Shown here piece by piece: positions 1 through 12,300 of a DNA stretch of 64,000 bases. Origin of the DNA: Eledone cirrhosa. Taxonomy: Eukaryota. A program made the position numbers and the translations under genes. The stretch lies in assembly GCA_964016885.1 (NCBI GenBank), contig OZ024742.1, positions 15,252,001 through 15,316,000 of the forward strand, in the 5' to 3' direction. The stretch's first letter is position 1, and every line of letters begins with the position of its first letter. The notes beneath the pieces were generated by a model. That model was given only the letters and a program-made list of their open reading frames with translations, had not been told where the DNA came from and did not search any database.

Positions 1-119
1 TATATTTTTAAAAAAAATAAGACTCCAGTTGCATTTTCGATTTCATCTCTTTTTCTTTATACTTTCACTCGTGTAGGACACCTCTGATATTTTTCATTTT
101 GTAAAAAAAAACCTCACAC

Positions 120-582
<463 letters not shown>

Positions 583-988
583 ATATATATATATATATAT
601 ATAATTTTTATATTTAACATATATGTGTGTCTGTATGTACATAATATATATATATATGTGTATGCGTGTAAATATAATTGTAAAGGATTGGAACAATGAG
701 TATATAAAAATTATCACAAAATTGTAGGAATCTCAAATATGGAAGTAGATGTAAAAACAGCCTGCTGCTATCATGCATAGCAAACGTTGGGTTAAAATAT
801 AACCTCATAGGATTGGAAGAATGGTCAGAGAAGGAGGAAGAAAGGGAGATATGTAAATCAATCCAGATATTTCGGTGCCTTTCTTATGTAGATGTTGAAG
901 ATAGTAAAAATTGGACACAATATTGACCTTGAATATAAGCTAACTCCCAGATCATCATACTTCTAGACTTATGAAAATATATGATAGG

Positions 989-1287
989 TTAACCCATTTA
1001 CTATCTTATTTGGAAAATAATGAAGAATTTAAACAGATTTAGTAAAGTAAATGTTGGTATGAAGTAGTTGTTTAGAACATAATTTTATAAAATATTCTTG
1101 AAAAAAATTGATGGAAGGTTTTAATTTAATGAGACAGAGGCAGTGAATATAAAATTGATGACATTATCCTGATTGATAATTTTATTTACATAGTTTTGAA
1201 CATTTTAATTAGATATGAGAGAGAGAAAGAGAGAAGTTAATACAGAATTAGTGGCAACCTTAGGTAGATTGGTACCAAAAGGGTTAA
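989..1287. mobile_element. piggyBac-type non-autonomous element (MITE family B)
   Basis: TTAA-CCCATT...AAAAGGG-TTAA ends; internal similarity to 5982-6225, 22508-22768 and 25008-25309. Confidence 0.6.
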
Positions 1288-1513
1288 GGAAGCTGGGTGT
1301 CTAGTGGAGAGGACAAACTCCTTCTCAGTGAAGTGACTTTTAACATTGTCAACAAATATTTAAATAGAAAAAGAGCAGGCTTCTATGTTTTGCCTCTCCT
1401 GGATGTATTGATTAGCAATATTATTTAGTTCCTTGATTCTCATTGCAAATTTATGATTTGTTATTTGGGAAATTTCTTTGGAGATAACATTGCGGTCTTG
1501 ATTATATATATAT

Positions 1514-1815
1514 ATAATATGGAAAACGAAGAATCAGTGATGCGTCAGATTACAATTGTTTTTCTGGCGAACAGCTCGGGGTGCCATCTGTTTGCGGATC
1601 AAACCTGATTCTGGATTTGCAAGTTCATCAGATACGTCTAGTGCGAATCCAGAATCAGGTTTGATCCACAAACAGATCGCACCTCGAGCTGTTCGCCAGA
1701 GAAACAATTGTAATATGTAATAAATTGTATTCTGACGCATCACTGATTCTTCGTTTTCCATATTATTATAGTCTGCATACCGGCTATGGATGCATCCAAG
1801 CAACCTTACTACAAA
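1514..1815. mobile_element. Fold-back element with hammerhead remnants (PLE pseudo-LTR-like), inserted between TA tracts
   Basis: Inverted arms 1514-1620 and 1643-1766 with a ~22-nt spacer. CTGATGA lies on the - strand in the spacer. GAAACAATTGTA-ATATGT-AATAAA at 1701-1724. The right arm continues as a tail to TTACTACAA before (TA)n. Confidence 0.65.
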
Positions 1816-1824
1816 TATATACAT

Positions 1825-1864
<40 letters not shown>

Positions 1865-2049
1865 GATAAATCTACCAAGAGTTTACGGTAGTGTCCAATC
1901 CGTATGAAGAACTCAATGTATTCCGGATATCATGGAAAGAAGAGATGTAATGAAAAACCACTTTCGGTGAAAGATAAACGGTATACAGAGTCAAGATAAA
2001 ATATTAAACAAATAATGAATAAACAATTCCTTATATTAAACAAAAAAAG

Positions 2050-2206
2050 TTCATTATTTAACGATCGTTTCTAGGATATATATGTGTGTTAGAATTGGTA
2101 TGCATATTCAACAGATCTATGTACAAAATTATACAAAATTATACAAATTATCAAGATTAAATATACATACCAAACACATATATACGCCGTCTTCAGAAAT
2201 AATGAA
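2050..2206 (-). ncRNA. Type I hammerhead ribozyme motif (minimal helix III), - strand copy
   Basis: Reverse complement of 3735-3891, same 157-nt length. Confidence 0.65.
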
Positions 2207-2993
2207 GTATATTTATTGATAATAACAACAATTCAAAATTTCAGGTCCGTTTGGGAACAAAAATTGACCAATGAAAACACAAAGGGTTAAATGCAGTTCG
2301 GTGTGTGTATATACATGTAAAACCCTTACACATATTTTACAAAAATGTATGTATAATTTGTATACGCATACTAAAAGGATGGATGCAAATACAAAATTTC
2401 AAGGTTAATGTCTCTGTGAGTTTATAATGTACAAATAAGATGTGTATAGGTATATACCTTTCTCTTTGTATTTCTATGTTGTGTGATAGTGTAGTGGTGT
2501 TTGTATGTATATACCGATATATAGATGCGTAGGTATTTGTCTGTATGTATATATGTAAGTCTGTATATATTTATGTGTATATATAGCTATGTATGTGTAT
2601 ATCTGTATGTATATTAGTATGTAAGTGTTGTATATGTGCATGTATGTGTGTAGTTATATATATCTGTGTCTGTATAGTATGTGTGATTATATGTATGTGT
2701 GTGTATATGTACGTGTATATGCATATATATGTGTATATATATGTGTATATATATATATATATATATGGTTGTATATATATATATATATATATATATGTGT
2801 ATGTGTATTTGTATGTATATGTGTATATGTATGTATGTGTGTATATGTATAGGTTTATATATGTGTGTGTATGTATGTTCTTAGTGTGGATGTGTGTATA
2901 TGTATGTATGTGTTTATATATGTGTGTATATTTATGTATGGATGTGTGAGTGTCTATGTGTATATATATGTATGTTTTTTATATATATGTGTA

Positions 2994-3036
<43 letters not shown>

Positions 3037-3734
3037 ATATATGTGTATGTGTGTATATTTATTTTCTTGATATATTTCTTTTTTTCTTTTTTCTTTTTTC
3101 TTTTTTCTTTTTTCTGTTTTTCTTTCTATTCTTTCCTCCTTAATGTTTTATTTATTATATTTTATTTTTTTTATTTGTTTATTTTTCTTAGTTTATAGAT
3201 ACATTTATATTAAGCAGTCTGCTCAGACCGTTGAATACTGACCCCCTCCCCCCCCTCCCACCTAATTTCTGTATCTTGATCTGAAAATGTGTGTGCCAGT
3301 GTTTTATGTGAGTGAATTAATATCCATGTGCTTATGATTTTATATCCACATATATAAATGTGAGTGGGGGTGTGTGTGTGTTTGTATGTTCGTGGTTATG
3401 TGTATATTTATGCATATACGCGCGTGTATGTGTGATTGTACGGATGTGTGTGAGTATGAAAAAATATATTTATATACTTAACTTCATAAGTGTCAATACG
3501 CATCTTATTTGTACATTATAAACTCACAGAGACATTAACCTTGAAATTTTGTATTTGCATCCATCCTTTTAGTATGCGTATACAAATTATACATACATTT
3601 TTATAATATGTGTAAGGGTTTTACATGTATATACACACACCGAACTGCATTTAACCCTTTGTGTTTTCATTGGTCAATTTTTGTTCCCAAACGGACCTGA
3701 AATTTTGAATTGTTGTTATTATCAATAAATATAC

Positions 3735-3891
3735 TTCATTATTTCTGAAGACGGCGTATATATGTGTTTGGTATGTATATTTAATCTTGATAATTTGTAT
3801 AATTTTGTATAATTTTGTACATAGATCTGTTGAATATGCATACCAATTCTAACACACATATATATCCTAGAAACGATCGTTAAATAATGAA
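3735..3891 (+). ncRNA. Type I hammerhead ribozyme motif (minimal helix III, long helix II)
   Basis: Helix I TTCATTATTT(3735-3744)/AAATAATGAA(3882-3891). Core CTGAAGA at 3745-3751 and GAAA at 3870-3873. Helix III AC-GATC-GT with a palindromic loop; cleavage triplet GUU at 3879-3881. Helix II CGGCGTATATATGTGT/ACACATATATATCCTA plus TTGGTATGTATATTTAA/TTGAATATGCATACCAA; the first helix II pair is a C-A mismatch. Confidence 0.65.
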
Positions 3892-3936
3892 CTTTTTTTG
3901 TTTAATATAAGGAATTGTTTATTCATTATTTGTTTA

Positions 3937-3980
<44 letters not shown>

Positions 3981-4305
3981 TTAAATTTTAAAAAAATATA
4001 TATATATACTCACATAAATATATATAGTTATGTGAGTATATATATATACTCACATAACTATAAATCTAGGGACATTCCTTATATTGAAGGTGTCAGTATT
4101 TTACTCACTGTCAGTTGACTGTTCAAATTACCCAAGCTAGAGGTAAAAATGACTCAATAATGGAACATTGTGTTATACTGAAGAGATTGACTAAATGAGA
4201 GTTGTTCTGTGATACCAAATTAGTTTTGAGTTGTAATGTATAATATGGTGAAAAAATAAAGAATATATATATATATAGAATGTTGAGAAGTGATACGTGG
4301 GTTGA

Positions 4306-4469
4306 TATATATATAATAGTGAAGACGAAAAAACAGTAGAAAATGCTAATGAGGTTTTCTCATAGAATAACAGCAAAACATTTACAAAAAAGGAATTCCT
4401 TTTTTGTAAATGTTTTGTTATTCTATGAGAAAACCTCATTAGCATTTTCTACTGTTTTTTCTTCTTCAC

Positions 4470-4482
<13 letters not shown>
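4306..4482. repeat. Spacerless ~175-bp palindrome in a TA tract
   Basis: Centre AAAAAAGGAA|TTCCTTTTTT at 4395/4396; arms differ by one 3-nt indel and one substitution. Confidence 0.95.
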
Positions 4483-4895
<413 letters not shown>

Positions 4896-5050
4896 CAAAT
4901 GAATGAGTTAGGAGCCCAATGGCTGAGCTCGCTCAGCCAGATGTGTGTGTTTGTGTGTGTCCCGACTCATTCATATAACTATACTCTACTACCCCAAGTA
5001 TTGAGTACTCTGGTGAGTAATGGTCTAACCAGTTTCTAACTGAATTCATC

Positions 5051-5095
<45 letters not shown>

Positions 5096-5981
5096 CGCTT
5101 TTGAATTTGTTTTGTGAGATTTCTTATCTGAAAACATGTGTTGAAACAGATATTGTTATACTTTGGGATAGTCATGTGTTTTTATTGGCAACATGACCCT
5201 CCCAAAGTAAAACAATATATATATATACATGGTTTAATTGTTAGTTTATTAGCAAGTCTATGATTAGCTACTTCTGTATTACAGATCTGATAGTTTCTCG
5301 GCAAAGCAGAAACGGTTTATTTTCAGAATGTTTAGATATTTTATAAGTTGTTGGAACAGATGTTTTAACTACAAGATGCTCCTTCATATTGTTAAACACT
5401 TAAGTGAGAAATGAGAGTGGTGCATGTTGTCAGCCAGGAAGTCTGAGGCAGTTATGTACCATGTAGGGGATCAACACAAATGGTGTAGTCAAGTTTGAAC
5501 TCTTTATCATATGGCCAGTATTTTGTATCTCTATATACCATCAATTTTCATCACTTTCCATACCATACCATCATCAAGGTGACCACCACCATCATCATCA
5601 TCACTACTGTCATCACTACCTGTATAACATTATCTTTATTTTCTTCATGACTGGTATTGTTATTCATAATTTCAAATGTATGCTTTTGCATGTCATTTTT
5701 TTCTTTTTACTATTATATTTTAAAAGTTACTAACCCTTTCTCTGTTGCTTTCTCTATCCTACCATTAGAAATTGTCTAATGAATATATGCAGATAGAATA
5801 CCATATTAGGAAACTTTATTTGTTTGACATTTTTTATTGAACTATTTTAAACATGTTTCCTTTCTAAAATGCTAGTTACTGTGAAATCCTTCAGTAATGG
5901 GGTTAATTTAATCAACTAAGTGCTTTTACCCCATAATTTCTGACCATGTGTCTATGTTAGAAACAATTATTATTATCATCA

Positions 5982-6225
5982 TTAACTCTTTAGTTACCAG
6001 TCCAACTAAAACCAGTTCTGGTTCTATGAAATAAAATCAAGCATTTTAAAGTTTTCCTATTTAAATTAAAATCTTCCAACATAATCTTATATAAGAACCT
6101 TATATTAAGCTACTACCTTAGTAATGAAATAATTAATAATTTTAGTAAATCCCTCAAAATTCTTAATTAATTAATTAATTCAAATAGAGTTTATTTCATT
6201 AGAAATGCTGCCATCAAAGGGTTAA
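5982..6225. mobile_element. piggyBac-type MITE family B (reverse orientation relative to 989-1287)
   Basis: TTAA-CTCTTT...AAAGGG-TTAA ends; internal sequence is reverse-complement-like to 989-1287 and 22508-22768. Confidence 0.6.
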
Positions 6226-6226
6226 A

Positions 6227-6335
6227 AGGACGGTTGCTTGACAGTCTTGTTAGTGTTGGATAAAATTCCTTATGATAATTGGTTATGTTCAAAGTTTAAA
6301 TCTTGTTGACATCAACTTCACCTTTCATCCATAAT
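6227..6335 (+). mobile_element. 5' half of a decayed tRNA-derived SINE, split by the 20-bp satellite
   Basis: AGTTTAAATCTTGTTGACATCAACTTCACCTTTCATCC aligns to the intact-copy motif AGTTCAAATCCCGCCGAGGTTAACTTTGCCTTTCATCC. Confidence 0.7.
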
Positions 6336-9300
6336 CAATGAGATAAAGTACCAATCTATGAGATAAAGAACCAACCAGTGAGATAAAGTACTAATCAGTG
6401 AGATATAGTACCAATCTATGAGATATAGTACCAATCTATGAGATATAGTACCAATCTATGAGATAAAGAACCAATCAGTGAGATAAAGTACCAATCAGTG
6501 AGATATAGTACCAATTAGTGAGGTAAAGTACCAATCTATGAGATAAAGTAGCAATCAGTGAGATATAGTACCAATCTATGAGATATAGTACCAATCTATG
6601 AGATAAAATACCAATTAGTGAGATATAGTACCAATCTATGAGATATAACACCAATCAATGAGATATAGTACCAATCAATGAGATATAGTACCAATCTATG
6701 AGATATTATACCATTCAGTGAGATATAGTACCAGTCTATGAGATATAGTACCAATCTATGAGATATAGTACCAATCAGTGAGTTATAGTACCAATCAGTG
6801 AGATATAGTACCAATCTATGAGATAAAATACCAATTAGTGAGATATAGTACCAATCTATGAGATATAGCACCAATCAATGAGATATAGTACCAATCTATG
6901 AGATATTGTACCAATCAGTGAGATATAGTACCAGTCTATGCGATATAGTACCAATCTATGAGATATAGTACCAATCAGTGAGTTATAGTACCAATCAGTG
7001 AGATATAGTACCAATCTATGAGATAAAGTACCAATCAGTGAGATGAAGTACCAATCTATGAGATAAAGTACCAATCTATGAGATATAGTACCAATCTATG
7101 AGATATAGTACCAATCTATGAGATATAGTACCAATCTATGAGATAAAGTACCAATCTGTGAGATAAAGTACCAATCTATGAGATAAAGTACCAATCAGTG
7201 AGATAAAGTACCAATCTATGAGATATAGTACAATCAATGAGATAGTACCAATCAGTGAGATATAGTACCAATCTATGAGATATAGAACCAATCTATGAGA
7301 TATAGTACCAGTCTATGAGATATAGTACCAGTCTATGAGATAAAGTACCAATCTATGAGATATAGTACCAATCAATTAGATAGTACCAATCAGTGAGATA
7401 TAGTACCAATCAGTGAGATATAGTACCAATCTATGAGATATAGTACCAATCAATGAGATAAAGTAGCAATCAGTGAGATAAAGTACCAATTGGTGAGATA
7501 TAGTACCAATTAGTGAGTTATAGTACCAATCTCTGAGATATAGTACGAATCAGTGAGATATAGTACCAATCTATGAGATATAGTACCAATAAGTGAGATA
7601 TAGTACCAATCTATGAGATATAGTACCAATCAGTGAGATAAAGTACTAATCAGTGAGATATAGTACCAATCAGTGAGTTATAGCACCAATCAGTGAGTTA
7701 TAGTACCAATCTCTGAGATATAGTACCAATCAGTGAGATCCAGTACCAATCTATGAGATATAGTACCAATCAGTGAGATATAGTACCAATCTATGAGATA
7801 TAGTACCAATCTATGAGATATAGTACCAATCTATGAGATATAGTACCAATCTATGAAATATAGTATCAATCTATGAAATATAGTACCAATCAGTGAGATA
7901 TAGTACCGACCTATGAGATATAGTAACAATCTATGAGATAAAGTACCAATCAATGAGATAGAGTACCAATCAGTGAGATAAAGTACCAATCAGCGAGATA
8001 CAGTACCAATTTATGAGATAAAGTACCAATCTATGAGATATAGTACCAATCTATGAAATAAAGTAGCAATCTATGAGATATAGTACCAATCTATGAGATA
8101 TAGTACCAATCAGTAAGATATAGTACCAATCAGTGAGATATAGTACCAATCAATGAGATATAGTACCAATCTATGAGATATAGTACCAATCAGTGAGATA
8201 TAGTACAAATCTATGAGATATAGTACCAATATATGAGTCAAAGTACCAACCTATGAGATATAATACCAATCTATGAGTTAAAGTACCAATCTATGAGATA
8301 TGGTACCAATCTATGAGATAAAGTACCAATCAGTGAGATAAAGTACCAATCAGTGAGATATAGTATCAATCTATGAGATATAGTATCAATCTATGAGATA
8401 TAGTACCAATCTATGAGATATAGTACCAATCAGTGAGATATAGTACCAATCTATGAGATATAGTATCAATCTATGAGATATAGTACAAATCTATGAGATA
8501 TAGTACCAATCTATGAGATAAAGTACCAATCTATGAGATAAAGTACTAATCTATGAGATATGGTACCAATCTATGAGATATGGTACCAATCTATGAGATA
8601 AAGTACCAATCAGTGAGATATAGCACCAATCAGTGAGATATAGCCCCAATCTATGAGATATAGTACCAATCAGTGAGATATAGTGCCAATCATTGAGATA
8701 TAGTACCAATCAATGAAATAAAGTACCAATCAGCGAGATAAAGTACCAATCTATGAGATATAGTACCAATCTATGAAATAAAGTACCAATCTATGAGATA
8801 TAGTACCAATCTATGAGATATAGTATCTATTAGTGAGATATAGTACCAATCTATGAGATATAGTACTAATATATGAGATAAAGTACCAATCTATGAGATA
8901 TAGTACCAATCTATGAGATATAATACCAATCTATGAGTTAAAGTACCAATCTATGAGATATAGTACCAATCTATGAGTTAAAGTACCACTCTATCAGATA
9001 TAGTACCAATCAGTTAGATAAAGTACCAATCTATGAGATAAAGTACCAATCTATGAGATAATGTACCAATCTATGAGAATAGTACCAATCTATCAGAGAT
9101 GGTACCAATCTATGAGTTAAAGTACCAATCTATGAGATGTACCAATCTATGAGATATAGTACCAATCTATGAGTTATAGTACTAATCAGTGAGTTATAGT
9201 ACTAATCAGTGAGATATAGTACTAATCAGTGAGATGTAGTACCAATCAGTGAGATATAGTACCAATCAGTGAGATATAGTACCAATCTATGAGATATAGT

Positions 9301-12300
9301 ACCAATCTATGAGATAAAGTACCCAGCAGTGAGATATAGTTCCAATCAGTGAGTTATAGTACCAATTAGTGTGATCTAGTACCAATTAGTGTGATCTAGT
9401 ACCAATCTATGAGATCTAGTACCAATCAGTGAAATATAGTACCAGTCTATGAGATATAGTACCAATCTATGAGATATAGTACCAATGTATGAGATATAGT
9501 TCCAATCTTTGAGATATAGTACCAATCTATGAGATAAAGTACCAATCTATGAGATATAGTGCCAATCTATGAGATAAAGTACTAATCTATGAGATATAGT
9601 ACCAATCTGAGATAAGCTACCAATCATGCGATATAGTACCAATCAGTGAGATATAGTACCAATCAGTGAGATAAAGTCCCAATCTATGAGATATAGTACC
9701 AATCTATGAGATAAAGTACCAATCTATGAGATATAGTACCAATCTATGAGATATAGCACCAATCTATGAGATATAGCACCAATCTATTAGATATAGTACC
9801 AATCTGAGATATAGTACCAATCTTTGAGATATAGTACCAATCCATGAGATAAAGTCCCAATCTATGCTATATAGTACCAATCTATGAGATATAGTACCAA
9901 TCTATTAGATAAAGTATCAATCTATGAGATATAGTACCAATCAGTGAGATATAGTACCAATCTATGAAATAAAGTACTAATCTATGAGATATAGTATCAA
10001 TCTATGAGATATAGTACCAATCAGTGAGATATAGTACCAATTCATAAGATAGTACTAATCTATGACATATAGTACCAATCAATGAGATATAGTACTAATC
10101 TATGACATATAGTACCAATCAGTGAAATAATGTACCAATCAGCGAGATAAAGTACCAATCAGTGAGATAAAGTATCAATCAGTGAGATAAAGTACCAATC
10201 AGTGAGATAAAGTACCAATCAGTGAAATATAGTACCAGTCTATGAGATATAGTACCAATCTATGAGATATAGTACCAATGTATGAGATATAGTTCCAATC
10301 TTTGAGATATAGTACCAATCTATGAGATAAAGTACCAATCTATGAGATAAAGTACCAATCTATGAGATAAAGTACCAATCTATGAGATATAGTACCAATC
10401 TAAGAGATATAGTACTAATCTGAGATATAGTACCAATCTATGAGTTAAAGTACCAATCTATGAGATTATGTACCAATCAGTGAGATAAAGTACCAACCAG
10501 TGAGATATAGTTCCAATCAGTGAGTTATAGTACCAATCAGTGTGATCTAGTACCAATCAGTGTGATCTAGTACCAATCTATGAGATATAGTACCAATCAG
10601 TGAGATATAGTACCAATCTATGAGATATAGTACCAATCTATGAGATATAGTACCAATCTGAGATATAGTACCAATCTATGAGATATAGTACCAATCTATG
10701 AGATATAATACCAATCTATGAGATATAGTACCAATCTATGAGATATAGTACCAATCTATGAGATATAGTACCAATCTATGAGATATAATACCAATCTATG
10801 AGATATAGTACCAATCTATGAGATATAGTACCAATCTATGAGATAAAGTACTAATCTATGAGATATAGTACCAATCTATGAGATCAAGTACCAATCTATG
10901 AGATATAGTACCAATCTATGATATAGTACCAATCTATGATATAGTACCAATCTATGAGATATAGTACCAATCTATGAGATTAAGTACCAATCTATGAGAT
11001 ATAGTACCAATCTATGAGATATAGTACCAATCTATGAGATATAGCACCAATCTATTAGATATAGTACCAATCTATGAGATATAGTAGCAATCTGTGAGAT
11101 ATAGTACTAATCAGTGAGATATAGTACTAATTAGTGAGATATAGTACTAATCTATGAGATATAGTACCAGTCTATGAGTTAAAGTACCAATCTATGAGAT
11201 AGAGTACCAATCTATGAGATATACCACCAATCTATGGGATAAAGTACTAATCTATGAGATATAGTACCAATCTATGAGATATAGTACCAATCTATGAGAT
11301 ATAGTACCAATCAGTGAGATATAGTACCAATCTATGAGATATAGTACCAATCTATGAGATATAGTACCAATCTATGAGATATACTACCAATCTATGGTAT
11401 AAAGTACTAATCTATGAGATATAGTACCAATCTATGAGATAAAGTACCAATCTATGAGATATAGTACCAATCTATGAGATATAGTACCAATCTATGAGAT
11501 ATAGTACCAATCTATGAGATATAGTACCAATCTATGAGATATAGTACCAATCTATGAGATATAGTACCAATCTATGAGATAAAGTACTAATCTATGAGAT
11601 ATAGTACCAATCTGAGATAAGCTACCAATCATGCGATATAGTACCAATCAGTAAGATATAGTACCAATCAGTGAGATAAAGTCCCAATCTATGAGATATA
11701 GTACCAATCTATGAGATATAGTACCAATCTATGAGATATAGTACCAATCATTGAGATATAGTACCAATCCATGACATATAGTACCAATCAATGAGATATA
11801 GTACCAGTATATGAGATATAGTACCAGTATATGAGATATAGTACCTATCTATGAGGTATAGTACCAATCTATGAATTAAAGTACCAATCTATGCGATATA
11901 GTACCAATCAGTGAGATAAAGTACCAATCAGTGAGATAAAGTACCAATCAGTGAGATAAAGTACCAATCAGTGAGATAAAGTACCAATCTATGAGATATA
12001 GTACCACTCAATGAGATATAGTACCAATCTATGAGATAAAGTACCAATCTATGAGATATAGTACCAATCTATGAGTTAAAGTACCAATCTATGAGTTAAA
12101 GTACCAATCTATGAGATATAGTACCAATCAGTTAGATAAAGTACCAATCAGTGAGATATGGTACCAATCTATGAGTTAAAGTACCAATCTATTAGATATA
12201 GTACCAATCTATGAGATAAAGTACTAATCTATGATATATAGTACCAATCTATGAGATATAGTACCAATCTATGAGATAAAGTACCAATCTATGAGATATA

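Larger units (their letters stand above)
1860..3945. mobile_element. Non-autonomous Penelope-like/retrozyme-like element with inverted ~450-bp arms
   Basis: Arms 1996-2447 and 3496-3945 are near-identical reverse complements around a ~1.05-kb low-complexity spacer. Each arm contains a hammerhead motif. The left arm extends 3' (on -) to 1860. TA tracts flank both sides. Confidence 0.7.

Noticed and set aside
5285-5345. Possible exon after the acceptor-like CTTCTGTATTACAG
   Set aside because: No convincing donor, and the frames close quickly; insufficient support
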